In this document: piece after piece, positions 19,149-28,788 of the stretch
How the letters are laid out: each line of letters starts with the position of its first letter
How positions within the stretch are numbered: the first letter of the stretch is position 1
Source: an uncultured delta proteobacterium
GTDB lineage: Bacteria > Desulfobacterota > Desulfobacteria > Desulfobacterales > B30-G6
Assembly: GCA_963823335.1 (NCBI GenBank)
Contig: CAWGLD010000001.1
Location: forward strand, 32,001-96,000
Reading direction: 5' to 3'
Length of the DNA: 64,000 nucleotides
Translations under genes and position numbers: made by a program
The notes under the pieces: model-generated
Databases searched by the model: none
What the model was told of the DNA's origin: nothing
What the model saw: only the letters and a program-made list of their open reading frames with translations

Positions 19149-19472
19149 ATGGTGTATAAATGCATACTCGCAATGGTGAAGCCGGACTTGACCGGTATGG
19201 TCGTCGATTCTGCTAAAGAAGTAGGTGCCACCGGAGCGACAATCATACCCGCTTCGGGCACAGGTGCCCATGAAGCGAAAACCTTTTTCGGCCTCAGCCT
19301 GGATATTCGCACGGATGTGGTTCTTTTTCTGGTGGACAATGAAATTGTTGAAGCGGTCCTATCTGCCATTCAAGAGGCCGGGCGGTTTAACGAACCCGGC
19401 ACGGGAATCGCTTTTGTGCTGGCTGTCGAGCAGACAGCCGGATTGGAAAGTCAGACGTCACCGCATCGGTAA
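19149..19472 (+). CDS. P-II family signal protein
   Basis: GATGATIIPASGTG, PGTGIAFVLAVE; usual partner of DUF1538 genes. Confidence 0.88.
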   Translation: MVYKCILAMVKPDLTGMVVDSAKEVGATGATIIPASGTGAHEAKTFFGLSLDIRTDVVLFLVDNEIVEAVLSAIQEAGRFNEPGTGIAFVLAVEQTAGLESQTSPHR

Positions 19473-19562
19473 CGACCTGCACTTTTGCGTATTCCAAGAA
19501 CCGAAATGTGTTTAAACAGCTAGGATGCTGGAACGCTGCTGTCCGCTTATAGCTGTCAGCCA

Positions 19563-19629
19563 CCCTCCAACCCTTGTGTCACCCTCGGCCCCTCCAACCC
19601 TTGTATCACCCTCTGCCCCTCCAACCCTT
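19563..19629. repeat. 27-bp tandem repeat, about 2.5 copies, G-run rich on the minus strand
   Basis: Unit CCCTCCAACCCTTGTRTCACCCTCKGC at 19563 and 19590, partial at 19617. Confidence 0.85.
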
Positions 19630-19633
19630 CCCT

Positions 19634-21088
19634 TTACCCTTTGGAATCCATGAGCGCCTTGAGCTTCAAGGCCAGATCACTCATGGGCTCCGCCTTGGTG
19701 TTTTGTGAATAATTCTCCCAGCCGCCTTCTTCCGCTGCATCGCCCGGTACCAGGGTAATCTTCCGGTCCCGCACGTTTATCTCAGCCACGCTGACACTGA
19801 GCGACTCGCCGGGTTTGAGTTGTTCCAGATGACCGGGTTTTTCAGCCAGGTTGAATTTCGATTTCGGCAACAGACCGGTGATCCCCGGCACCAGCGTTAC
19901 GAAATATCCAAACGTTTCCTTGTGCTCCAGCGTTCCCGTGACGACCTGACCGACCTTGAAAGTGTCCGACACCTCGAGCCACGGGTCTCCCTGGGTGTCG
20001 CGCATACTGAGGGATATCCTGCGTTTCCTGGGGTCGATATCCTTGATCAATACAGAAACGCTTTCCCCCGGTGTCACCTCGTCTGCAGGTTTCACCACAC
20101 GCTTGACATAGCTCATTTCACTGATGTGAACCAGTCCTTCTATACCCGGTGCGATCTCCACAAATACACCGAAATCCATACAACGGGTCACCGTGCCGTT
20201 GACCTTGTCTCCAGAATTGAACTTTTCCGACACCTGGTTCCACGGATCTTCCGCCACCTGCTTCATGGAGAGAGAGATCTTTTTGGCGCCCTTCTTGTCG
20301 CTCCCCGTGATGCCGATGACCTTCACCAACACCCTGTCGTCGGCCTGGACCACCTGCTCGGGTTTTTCCACCCTGGACCAGCCCAACTCCGAAACATGTA
20401 CCATACCCTCCAGACCCGGAATCAGCTCGACAAATGCACCGTAAGGCATGAGTTTGGTGACACGCCCTTCCACAACATCGTCCTGCTTCAATGTGCTCAA
20501 GAAGGATGCTTTTTCTTTTTCCATGGCCTGGGCCAGTATCTTTCGCCGGGAAACCACGATGTTTTTTCCATTATCCTCAAACTGCGTAATCAGAAATTCA
20601 TATCCCTGGCCCACATAATCTTCCGGTGTTTCGACATATGCGACATCCATCTGGCTGATGGGACAAAACGCACGGCGGCGAAGGATTTCCACGTTGAACC
20701 CACCTTTGCAGGTGGCCTGTACTTTTCCTTCCACGGGAATGGCGCTCTGAAACGCTTCTCTCAACATTTCCACACCGCCGATACCGGAGATGGCCTTGGA
20801 AAGACGTATTTCATGCTCATCGCGCGCCACCACGTACAGCTCCAAGTCGTCACCTTCCGCAAACGGCAGGTTTCCTTCACTGTCCAACAGCTCTGCCCGA
20901 TCCACAATACCGTCCACCTTGGTGCCGATATCCAGAAAAATGGCGTCCTTTCCTATGGATATGATCTTGCCGGAAATCTTGTCGCCGAGTTCAAGATCGT
21001 CACTCATACCGGCGCTGTAGGATTCGAAAAGATCGGCAAAACTTTCTTCTTGCGGGTCATTGTTTTCATTTTCAATTTGGTCTGACAT
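19634..21088 (-). CDS. rpsA: 30S ribosomal protein S1 (short form)
   Basis: ESFADLF N-terminus; repeated S1 domains (YGAFVEL..GLEGMVHVSEL, FGVFVEI..GIEGLVHISEM). Confidence 0.88.
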   Translation of the reverse strand: MSDQIENENNDPQEESFADLFESYSAGMSDDLELGDKISGKIISIGKDAIFLDIGTKVDGIVDRAELLDSEGNLPFAEGDDLELYVVARDEHEIRLSKAISGIGGVEMLREAFQSAIPVEGKVQATCKGGFNVEILRRRAFCPISQMDVAYVETPEDYVGQGYEFLITQFEDNGKNIVVSRRKILAQAMEKEKASFLSTLKQDDVVEGRVTKLMPYGAFVELIPGLEGMVHVSELGWSRVEKPEQVVQADDRVLVKVIGITGSDKKGAKKISLSMKQVAEDPWNQVSEKFNSGDKVNGTVTRCMDFGVFVEIAPGIEGLVHISEMSYVKRVVKPADEVTPGESVSVLIKDIDPRKRRISLSMRDTQGDPWLEVSDTFKVGQVVTGTLEHKETFGYFVTLVPGITGLLPKSKFNLAEKPGHLEQLKPGESLSVSVAEINVRDRKITLVPGDAAEEGGWENYSQNTKAEPMSDLALKLKALMDSKG

Positions 21089-21307
21089 GGTTCCACCCCA
21101 TAAAAGGTTAAAGAAATCTGATGATGGTTCACCTATATTTAACTAAACTCAGGCGATAGGTAGGCGAGGAAGCCGCTATTTGCAACAGTTTTTTGATTTT
21201 CAGGTCCAAAAAGACGTGTTTCGGTGTTTTTTCATGGATAGGGGAAGAAATCAGGCTTTGCTGCGAAGAAAGTGAATCTCCACACGCTTATAAACATGAG
21301 GATCTAC

Positions 21308-22306
21308 CTAACGCTTGAATCTTAAAATGAGGGGTTTTGTTGCTTTGGAATGGTCATCACCAGAATTATCAAATACGGCCATTGCGAAACCATACCGCTT
21401 TAAAGGGTTAAAAACCACATCATCCTCATGACCGGTATCCAGTTTTCTGGTGAACATTACGGTCCAAAAGCCATCCGCATAATGACTTTCAGCCTTCACG
21501 TCAAATCGAGATCCATCCGGCTTAACGGGCAATCGATAGGGAATGATGTCTCCAACTCCAAATTTATCATAATCTTGTATTTTTACAGCCTGCTCAAAAA
21601 GAAGGATACCGGGGATGGTGGGTTTTTTATCCGGATCCTGCATATATACGGGTCTTAATCCATTCATATCCTCATTTCTTATGTCTCCTCCGGTGCCGAA
21701 ATCTTTCCGTCTTCCTGTTTCGCGATAGGACCCGGATGGGTTCCCGGCCACGGTCAGCCATGCATCATCTGCATACCCATACGGAGCCGAACGAGCGGCT
21801 TTCCAATGCCATAAGTCACCTTTTTCCACATCGGTTCGTGTCGCGAACCGCCATTTTTCCTTGGGAATGTCAGGAGGACTGTGGCACGTAACCGCACACC
21901 CCCGCGTGGCAAATTTTTGAATTCGCGTCGTTTCGAACAGCAATGCAATCCGATCTTCATTGCCCTCCATATGGACCCATTCATTGCCATTAAACCGCCA
22001 TGATTGCTTGATAACACTGTGGGTTGCATCTCTCCATCTCAACCTGAAATACACGCTGTCATCCGTGTAGGCCGCTTGTGTAGACACAACACCATTGGTC
22101 ACGTCAACAATTTCCCTTCCCTGGACAGGGATATCGATCCCTTTAAAATTCTGCCAGATGGCATCGTCCAAGCCTTTTGGCGCTTGTACAAGGTGTTCCG
22201 CGCTGATCATCAATGTGTCGGCTGCCATGAGAAAATTCCTTCCTAAGGGCAGAAGAACCAAAACCAACGAAAAGAGAACCAGACAAAAAGATTTACCACA
22301 ACTCAT
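21308..22306 (-). CDS. Exported EbdC/DOMON-like heme-binding protein (ethylbenzene dehydrogenase gamma-related)
   Basis: Signal peptide; YFRLRWRD, NEDRIA, GCAVTCH, DLWHWKA, RKLDTG, AVFD. Confidence 0.85.
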   Translation of the reverse strand: MSCGKSFCLVLFSLVLVLLPLGRNFLMAADTLMISAEHLVQAPKGLDDAIWQNFKGIDIPVQGREIVDVTNGVVSTQAAYTDDSVYFRLRWRDATHSVIKQSWRFNGNEWVHMEGNEDRIALLFETTRIQKFATRGCAVTCHSPPDIPKEKWRFATRTDVEKGDLWHWKAARSAPYGYADDAWLTVAGNPSGSYRETGRRKDFGTGGDIRNEDMNGLRPVYMQDPDKKPTIPGILLFEQAVKIQDYDKFGVGDIIPYRLPVKPDGSRFDVKAESHYADGFWTVMFTRKLDTGHEDDVVFNPLKRYGFAMAVFDNSGDDHSKATKPLILRFKR

Positions 22307-22339
22307 AACAAACCTCTACCTTGTGATTACACGCCCATG

Positions 22340-23404
22340 TTAATGTGCAGTGGTTCCAAAATGTTCAAAATAACCCATAAAGGACAGCGTCAGCAGAAGA
22401 ACCGCTATCGCTGCTGCCGGTATGATAGTTTTCAATCTCTTGGCAGGGTGACGCTCTGACGAACGATCAAGAAAGGGCAACAAAAGCACCAGCCCTGTCA
22501 GGCAGCCTGGAATAATCGCGGACCCCATCACCATTAACGGTCCCTTAAAAATCGCCACCAACTGGTTTAAAAATAAAACCCACCATTCTGGTCTGGGTAC
22601 AAAATTGGAATCGGTGGGATCCGCCGGGTCTCCAAACGAAGAGGGCCAATACCAGCTGATTAGGCCCAAGATCAATGTAACCATCAGAAACAACACCATA
22701 AATCGGCTTATAATGGTCGGGGTTGTCGTTTTCTTGGCGTCACCGTTACTTGTTAGCAGCAACTCCGCTAAACCGCGCCGATAAATAAAGTGGAAATGCA
22801 CAGCAATAAACAGCAATAACGCGCCCGGTAAAACGAGTATATGCAACACGTAAAATCGTGTCAGGGCAACGATACCGGTTAAAGATCCACCTTGAAGAAT
22901 CCGGGTCATGAAATCACCCACCAGTGGTACAGACGAAATAATACTTAGCCGCACCTGGGTAGACCAATATCCTTTCTGATCCCAGGGGAGCAGGTCCCCG
23001 GTGATGATAAACAAGGGAAAGATCATGAAGGTCAACACCCCGGACACCCACACCAGCTGTCTCGGGGACTTGTATGCCCCAGCAATCATCGCCCGCAGCA
23101 AATGCAGTCCCGACGTGATCAAGAGCAGGTTCCAGGCATAATGGTGAATACCCCTGATAACACTTCCGAAAGGAAGGTTGAAAATAGAATAATCAACGCT
23201 GTCATAAGCCGCTCCAGGAACAGGGGAGTAGTAAAAAGCCATGACCCCCCCGGACAACAACAGGAGTAGAATCAAAACCAGGATCAGCGAACCTGAAAAG
23301 CGGCGCCAGGAAAGAGCATTGTCGGAGACTTCAAATGTCCGAAGCCTGCCGACAAGCTCTTTCAATGCAAGAAATTCAAGTAATATATCAAACCGACTTG
23401 TCAC
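22340..23404 (-). CDS. Cytochrome b of a Rieske/cytochrome b complex (b6 and subunit IV-like parts fused)
   Basis: Four heme His (RGIH, GLH, YVLH, AVH), LPWDQKGYW, LTRFY, PRPEWW. Confidence 0.92.
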   Translation of the reverse strand: MTSRFDILLEFLALKELVGRLRTFEVSDNALSWRRFSGSLILVLILLLLLSGGVMAFYYSPVPGAAYDSVDYSIFNLPFGSVIRGIHHYAWNLLLITSGLHLLRAMIAGAYKSPRQLVWVSGVLTFMIFPLFIITGDLLPWDQKGYWSTQVRLSIISSVPLVGDFMTRILQGGSLTGIVALTRFYVLHILVLPGALLLFIAVHFHFIYRRGLAELLLTSNGDAKKTTTPTIISRFMVLFLMVTLILGLISWYWPSSFGDPADPTDSNFVPRPEWWVLFLNQLVAIFKGPLMVMGSAIIPGCLTGLVLLLPFLDRSSERHPAKRLKTIIPAAAIAVLLLTLSFMGYFEHFGTTAH

Positions 23405-23548
23405 AATCTTCCCCTCGCATGGAGCTATTGGTCTTGGCGCTGGTGTTCCTTACGTTATAAACGCTCATTATCAAGTTCGAGCGGTTGTTCGACCTAATTT
23501 TCCATAGCAGTTTCGGAACATTATTCTGACAAACGCTATAACAAGCGG

Positions 23549-24538
23549 CTATCGTTTGAAACTCAGAGTGATAACTTCGGAATCATAAGAATTTTCATCT
23601 CCGGAATCATCAAACAATGCCAGAGCAAAGTTGTAATTCTTGCGCACATTAAAGGCAACATCGTCGTCATTGCCGGTGTCCAGTTTTCTATGAAGCAAGA
23701 CTGTCCAACCCCCATCCGCATAGCGGCTCACTGCCTTGATATCGGCCCTGGATCCTTCAGGCGGAGTGGGCATCTGGTACGTAAGCGTATCGCCTGCTTT
23801 GAATATGGAGTAATCACTTATTTCTACGATATCCGAAGCGAGCAGGATGCCGTCATCGGTAAGCTTTTTGCCGGGCGCCAGCATATATTTCGGTTTCGAT
23901 TTGTCCTCCGTCATATTTTTCTGGTCACCGCCCTTGCCTGCGTCGCTCTTTCGTCCGCCACCCTTTTCACCTATTTTTGTCAGCCATGTATCGTCGGCAA
24001 ATCCGGCAGGATCTGATCGAGCTGCTTTCCAGTGCCAGAGGTCACCTTTCTCCGCCTCTGTGGTTGTCCCGAATTTCCCTTCTGAGGCATTGGGCGCTCC
24101 GGATGGCACATGGCAGGTAATCGCACAACCTTTTGTGGCAAAGTTGTTGATTCGATTAATTTCAAAAAGTATCGATATGCGGTCTTCATTACCTTTCTGA
24201 TGGCTCCATTTCTCGCCATCGTACTGCCAGGCACCCTTCGTCAAGCTCTTTGTTGCATCGCTCCATTTGAAGAGGAAGTAGATGTCGTCATCGGAATAGA
24301 CTGCTTTGGTACTGACAGATGTTTTTTCCCCGGCAAATTTTTCCTTTCCATCAAAAGGAACAATAATTCCCTTGGCCTTTTCCCAGACGGCATCATCCAA
24401 CCCAGAAGGCCCTGATTTTACATGCTGTACAATCAAGGTCTCCTTGGACGCGCCGATGGCCTCATTTGACTTCATGAAAAATGCACCAAAAACCAGAATC
24501 GCACAAATCGTCAAGCTTACAATAAATTTTATGCCCAT
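23549..24538 (-). CDS. Exported EbdC/DOMON-like heme-binding protein (paralog)
   Basis: Signal peptide; YFLFKWSD, NEDRIS, GCAITCH, DLWHWKA, RKLDTG. Confidence 0.85.
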   Translation of the reverse strand: MGIKFIVSLTICAILVFGAFFMKSNEAIGASKETLIVQHVKSGPSGLDDAVWEKAKGIIVPFDGKEKFAGEKTSVSTKAVYSDDDIYFLFKWSDATKSLTKGAWQYDGEKWSHQKGNEDRISILFEINRINNFATKGCAITCHVPSGAPNASEGKFGTTTEAEKGDLWHWKAARSDPAGFADDTWLTKIGEKGGGRKSDAGKGGDQKNMTEDKSKPKYMLAPGKKLTDDGILLASDIVEISDYSIFKAGDTLTYQMPTPPEGSRADIKAVSRYADGGWTVLLHRKLDTGNDDDVAFNVRKNYNFALALFDDSGDENSYDSEVITLSFKR

Positions 24539-24570
24539 GTTATTATCTCCTTTTTTGGGGGTCCATTATT

Positions 24571-25143
24571 TTAGAAGGATAGATAAACCAGCAAATTGCC
24601 TTCATTTATCTTATGTTCCAATGTTGACAACGCTCGTGTCGGCGGCCCAGCTACAGGCTTACCATCCGCATCAAATCTACCGGAATGACAGGGGCAATCA
24701 AAGGATTGTGTGTCGTCACGCCAGATCACATTACATGCCAGGTGGGTACAGGTTGATGAGAATATTTTGAATCGATCGTCTGCTTCCGCCCTAGCCCACA
24801 CAAATCCTCGTTGAGGCAGAACCAACCACCCATCTTTCACCATAAACTCATAGGCAAGCATCTGAAAGCCGGTCGCTTGAATATCTGTGGTTGCACCAAA
24901 ATCAACCCATTTTCCGGTTCCCTTTTTCATGGCAGGCGCGATGAGATAGGAAATTAGTGGAATACCGGTGAGGAATGAGGCGCAGCCCATCAATGTGGCA
25001 ACCTGGAGAAAGCCCCTCCGATCGGCCTTGATAGGTTCCGCTGACGACATTGCATCATTGGCAATGGCAATTTTGCCGCTGTTCATTTGCTTGAGTCCTT
25101 CATCCATGGCAACAATTGAAACACTATAGAACTCCTGAGGCAT
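24571..25143 (-). CDS. Rieske 2Fe-2S subunit
   Basis: Tat-type RRGFL plus TM anchor, CTHLAC, CPCHSGRF, GPP; real start may be 25086. Confidence 0.93.
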   Translation of the reverse strand: MPQEFYSVSIVAMDEGLKQMNSGKIAIANDAMSSAEPIKADRRGFLQVATLMGCASFLTGIPLISYLIAPAMKKGTGKWVDFGATTDIQATGFQMLAYEFMVKDGWLVLPQRGFVWARAEADDRFKIFSSTCTHLACNVIWRDDTQSFDCPCHSGRFDADGKPVAGPPTRALSTLEHKINEGNLLVYLSF

Positions 25144-25200
25144 ATCGATTGCTTATTGAATGGCAATACACCTCATAGTAAACACCGTATATGAGTGAAT

Positions 25201-25238
25201 GTGAAAAAAACGTGAACTTAGTGTAAAATGTTTGTGAA
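25201..25238 (-). promoter_or_regulatory. Tandem OmpR-family (ColR-type) binding boxes upstream of the Rieske operon
   Basis: GTGAA/GTAAA at 25201, 25212, 25223, 25234 (11-bp period); minus strand TTCACGTTTTTTTCAC and TTCACAAACATTTTAC. Confidence 0.72.
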
Positions 25239-25300
25239 TTTTAGCGATGAGAGGTTATTTATGAGGAAAAAACGGGAAATGCTTTGGTTAGCAGACAATT

Positions 25301-26635
25301 CTATTGTGGCATACTATCACTCAAATCCTTGGGATGCGGCGCAGATGAACTGCTTGCGGACTGAAAAAACAATGATACTTTTGTCCCTTTCCCCAGATCA
25401 CTTTCTATTTGAAAGCGCCAGCCGAACCGATCACATAGCCTACTCACAATAGACAGACCCAGTCCATATCCTTGACTGCTTTCTCCCCTGGAATATGGTT
25501 GGGTTACCCTGTCTAATTCACAAGGATCAATGCCCTCACCTGTGTCTGTGATAGATACGCTGTCACCACAGACCTGTATGGAAATCGTTCCATTCAGGGT
25601 GTGATGGAAAGCATTGTTAATCAAATTGGTGATAACCGCCCTCAATACAGGAGGTGGCGCGTTGAGAATGGGTTGGGCCTCTTGTACAAAGTGTATTTTG
25701 ATCGACTTGTCGGCAAGAAGATGACGCTTTTGTTTGACGACATCCTGAATCACGGGTACAACAGCACATATCTGGCTGGAATCGATTGTTAATCTTTCTC
25801 TTCCCAACCAGAGGAAGGTTTCTATAATGTTTTCCATGTTTGCCACCGCACGTGAAATACGCTGCACAGGTCTATAAACCGACCGCTCTTCCATAGCAGA
25901 TTGCTTCTTCAATATTTCAACCGCTCCCTTGATCACCGTAACCGGGGTCCTCAATTCATGACTGGCATCCCTTGTAAATTTTTTCTCCCGTTTGATAAAT
26001 GCGTCTACCCTTGTCATGGCCGTTTCCAGTGTTTTTGCAAGAAGTCCGACCTCATCATTTGAGAAAGATCCGTGAAGATCCATCGGCAGCTTTTCCGGGC
26101 CGGATTCCCTAACCTGTTCTGAAAGATAGACAACCGGTGCGATGATTTTTCGGGATGTCATCATTCCGATCCATATGGCCAACACAACAATCAGGATGAC
26201 GCCAATGCTGAGAACAATACCGATATAGAGTTTCCGGGTTTCCGTGAATTCAAGGGCACTTACGTTGTAAAGCATATACAGCGGCTCCGTTCGATTCGGG
26301 TATAGCTTTACCGCGACATGGTACTCAATTCCCTGGTAATATTTTTCATGAATACCTTCGCTGATACCCTCGACCATCGATGCTGCAAAGTCCGGCATCG
26401 ACTTACTACCGGCGTATACATTTATATGAGACGAATTGGGCGATAAAAGACCGGCGTGTTCTTGATATTGAAGCCCTACACGAGCCATTTCTTCAGACAG
26501 ACGACTATCGATCATTTTGTCATCGATAAAGTCCAGAGAGATATATATGACCAAAGAAAAAATAATTCCGAGTCCTGTACCGAACAGACAGAATGTAAAA
26601 ACAATTCGCTTCCGAAGACTATGACGAAATTTCAT
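25301..26635 (-). CDS. Sensor histidine kinase, ColS-like
   Basis: MKFRHSLRKRI N-terminus, GIHE, ExxE (EFTE) before TM2, HAMP, FTRDASHELRTP. Confidence 0.9.
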   Translation of the reverse strand: MKFRHSLRKRIVFTFCLFGTGLGIIFSLVIYISLDFIDDKMIDSRLSEEMARVGLQYQEHAGLLSPNSSHINVYAGSKSMPDFAASMVEGISEGIHEKYYQGIEYHVAVKLYPNRTEPLYMLYNVSALEFTETRKLYIGIVLSIGVILIVVLAIWIGMMTSRKIIAPVVYLSEQVRESGPEKLPMDLHGSFSNDEVGLLAKTLETAMTRVDAFIKREKKFTRDASHELRTPVTVIKGAVEILKKQSAMEERSVYRPVQRISRAVANMENIIETFLWLGRERLTIDSSQICAVVPVIQDVVKQKRHLLADKSIKIHFVQEAQPILNAPPPVLRAVITNLINNAFHHTLNGTISIQVCGDSVSITDTGEGIDPCELDRVTQPYSRGESSQGYGLGLSIVSRLCDRFGWRFQIESDLGKGTKVSLFFQSASSSSAPHPKDLSDSMPQ

Positions 26636-27341
26636 TAGACCTCCCCAAACAATATCCAACACCACGAACCGTTTGAAGAAGAGGTGTGCTAAATGGCCTG
26701 TCTATGGCACGTCGCAGTGCATAAATATGGCTGCGCAAGGCATCACTTTCAGGGGGCAAATCACCCCACAGTGCATATTCGATTTCTTTTCGCTCAACGA
26801 CATTGGGGTAGGCTTTCATTAGCATTGCAAGAAGGTTTAAACAGGTACGATTCAACTCGATGAGTTTCCCGGACCTTCGAACCTTCATGGTTCCCAAATC
26901 CAGTTCCAGATCAGCCACATGAAATTGTTTTTCAGTTAAATCAATACCCCGGCGAACGATCGCATTAATTCTTGCCGAAAGCTCTTTTAGGGCAAAAGGC
27001 TTAACTAGATAATCATCCGCTCCGGAATCAAAACCAGCGAGCTTGTCATCGAGGGTGTCACGAGCGGTCAGCATCAGAATAGGGGTTTGTTTTCCACCCT
27101 CTTTTCTGAGTTTTCTACAAAAAGTGAGTCCATCCATTCCCGGTAGCATGACATCCAATATGATCGCATCATAATCCTGGGTCAATGCCAGGTGCAACCC
27201 ACCGATGCCATCCATGGCAAAATCCAGTTGATGCCCACCGGCTTCCATGAAATCCGCAATATTTTCAGCGATATCGATGTTGTCCTCCACAACAAGGATA
27301 CGTAAAAGACTTTTCTGTTTAAAGGCTGACAATTCCATCAA
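26619..27341 (-). CDS. OmpR-family response regulator, ColR-like
   Basis: RILVVEDN, GLHLA, LTARDTLDDKLAGF, ALWGDLPPESDALRSHIYALRRAIDRPF, TVRGVGY. Confidence 0.93.
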   Translation of the reverse strand: MMELSAFKQKSLLRILVVEDNIDIAENIADFMEAGGHQLDFAMDGIGGLHLALTQDYDAIILDVMLPGMDGLTFCRKLRKEGGKQTPILMLTARDTLDDKLAGFDSGADDYLVKPFALKELSARINAIVRRGIDLTEKQFHVADLELDLGTMKVRRSGKLIELNRTCLNLLAMLMKAYPNVVERKEIEYALWGDLPPESDALRSHIYALRRAIDRPFSTPLLQTVRGVGYCLGRSNEISS

Positions 27342-28504
27342 TCAAACCGCTCCCCTTTTTGCCGTACAAACTCCAAGAAACTTTCTCTTTTCGGAATTTG
27401 GAAAGGCATGTCTTCCAGATTCTCCGCGATGGGGAATCGACCATAGGTATGACACGCCGCCACGGCCGCATGAATATGATCCGATGGTGTATCAGCAGGA
27501 ATCTGGTTGAGATGAATCATACAGCGTCCGTTTCGCGCCATCTTGTCGATATAGAGCTTGATGCGTTCCACAATCGCCTCAACTGGCCCAGCTTTCAGCA
27601 ATGTTGCATCGACACCGGCGGATACAAAGGCGTTGTGCTTATTTGCAAATGCCTTCACTCTCTCCGGGCCGATGTCGTACAAATCCGGATCCAGCACACT
27701 CAGGGAGCCGGGACTGCATTTGAGTTTTTGCAAGAAAAAACGCTCCGGGTCTCTGCTTTTTGCATCACCCCAGTTCCCTCTTGTAATCACGTTGTCGCCT
27801 AATCTGTCTCGCAGTCGCTCAGTGTAAGCCACTACATATTCATCCATCATATCAAGGGTGATCATCGGAGGAGAGGCCCAGGCATCACGTCCATCGATGA
27901 TCAGATTCTCATTTCCGGCCTCGCTTCTCATCACTTCGATAAAGGGTACGATAGCATCGTCACACAGAAATTTAAACAGACGATGCACAAAGCGCGGCCG
28001 ATCGAACATATCCGTGACCAGGTTTTCATATCCCCGGATATTTGCAGCAATGCTGAACGGTCCGGAAAAATAGACCCGCTCTAGCTTTCCCGTCATTTCC
28101 AGGAAATGTTTATTGACCTCCCGGACCCACGGCATGCGGCCGGATTTATATGGATCAGGGGGGATGATTCGATCCAGATCCGATGGTGTACGTATGAGCG
28201 GCCGGGTACGGTCGGTATCTGGTATCCCCCTGGAAGGATAAATGACTCTTTGTCCCAGGGCTTCGGCCTCTATGTTGTATACGTCCCAGAAATTACTGAC
28301 CAGATCGAAGCGGTAGTATTCGGTAACGAGGAGTTGTATCTGCGTAAAAGTAAGCGCGTCTGTGAAGAAACGTTTTGCTGAAACACCTGCGATATGAGCT
28401 GAATGGTCATTGCTTTGAGCTCCGATGGCAATATTGGTTTCTTGGGTGGTCGGGCCTGTGCCCGTTTTTCTTGCTATTGTCATGATAAAGCTCCATAGCA
28501 TCAT
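27338..28504 (-). CDS. Uroporphyrinogen decarboxylase / MtaA-CmuA methyltransferase family protein
   Basis: YNIEAEALG, PDPYKSGRMP, GPFSIAANIRG, IPADTP..HI. Confidence 0.8.
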   Translation of the reverse strand: MMLWSFIMTIARKTGTGPTTQETNIAIGAQSNDHSAHIAGVSAKRFFTDALTFTQIQLLVTEYYRFDLVSNFWDVYNIEAEALGQRVIYPSRGIPDTDRTRPLIRTPSDLDRIIPPDPYKSGRMPWVREVNKHFLEMTGKLERVYFSGPFSIAANIRGYENLVTDMFDRPRFVHRLFKFLCDDAIVPFIEVMRSEAGNENLIIDGRDAWASPPMITLDMMDEYVVAYTERLRDRLGDNVITRGNWGDAKSRDPERFFLQKLKCSPGSLSVLDPDLYDIGPERVKAFANKHNAFVSAGVDATLLKAGPVEAIVERIKLYIDKMARNGRCMIHLNQIPADTPSDHIHAAVAACHTYGRFPIAENLEDMPFQIPKRESFLEFVRQKGERFD

Positions 28505-28615
28505 ACCGGCCGGTTGTCATTCAATATCCCAATGAACACCCGAGATCCCCACACAGGCTCCATAGGATTTTGGATATTATATCTTGACAGCAGCATATCC
28601 GGTTCGTAATCTCCT

Positions 28616-28761
28616 TAGAAGCTATCTCAAAATAGTTTTTTGGCCCAATTTCTGTGTTGGTCCCTTGCTTCAACTCCTCGGAATACTTCAGTATGCCTGC
28701 GGGTTGAATTTCGGGCCCGCCTTGAACTTGAACCAAAACCCTTTTTTTGAGATAGCTTCTA
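28616..28761. mobile_element. 146-bp MITE
   Basis: Perfect 17-bp TIR TAGAAGCTATCTCAAAA / TTTTGAGATAGCTTCTA, non-coding interior. Confidence 0.85.
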
Positions 28762-28788
28762 TCATATTTTTTTGGGGGAGGTTGACCA

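Noticed and set aside
19563-19629. 27-bp repeats as a mini CRISPR array
   Set aside because: The units are directly adjacent with no spacers
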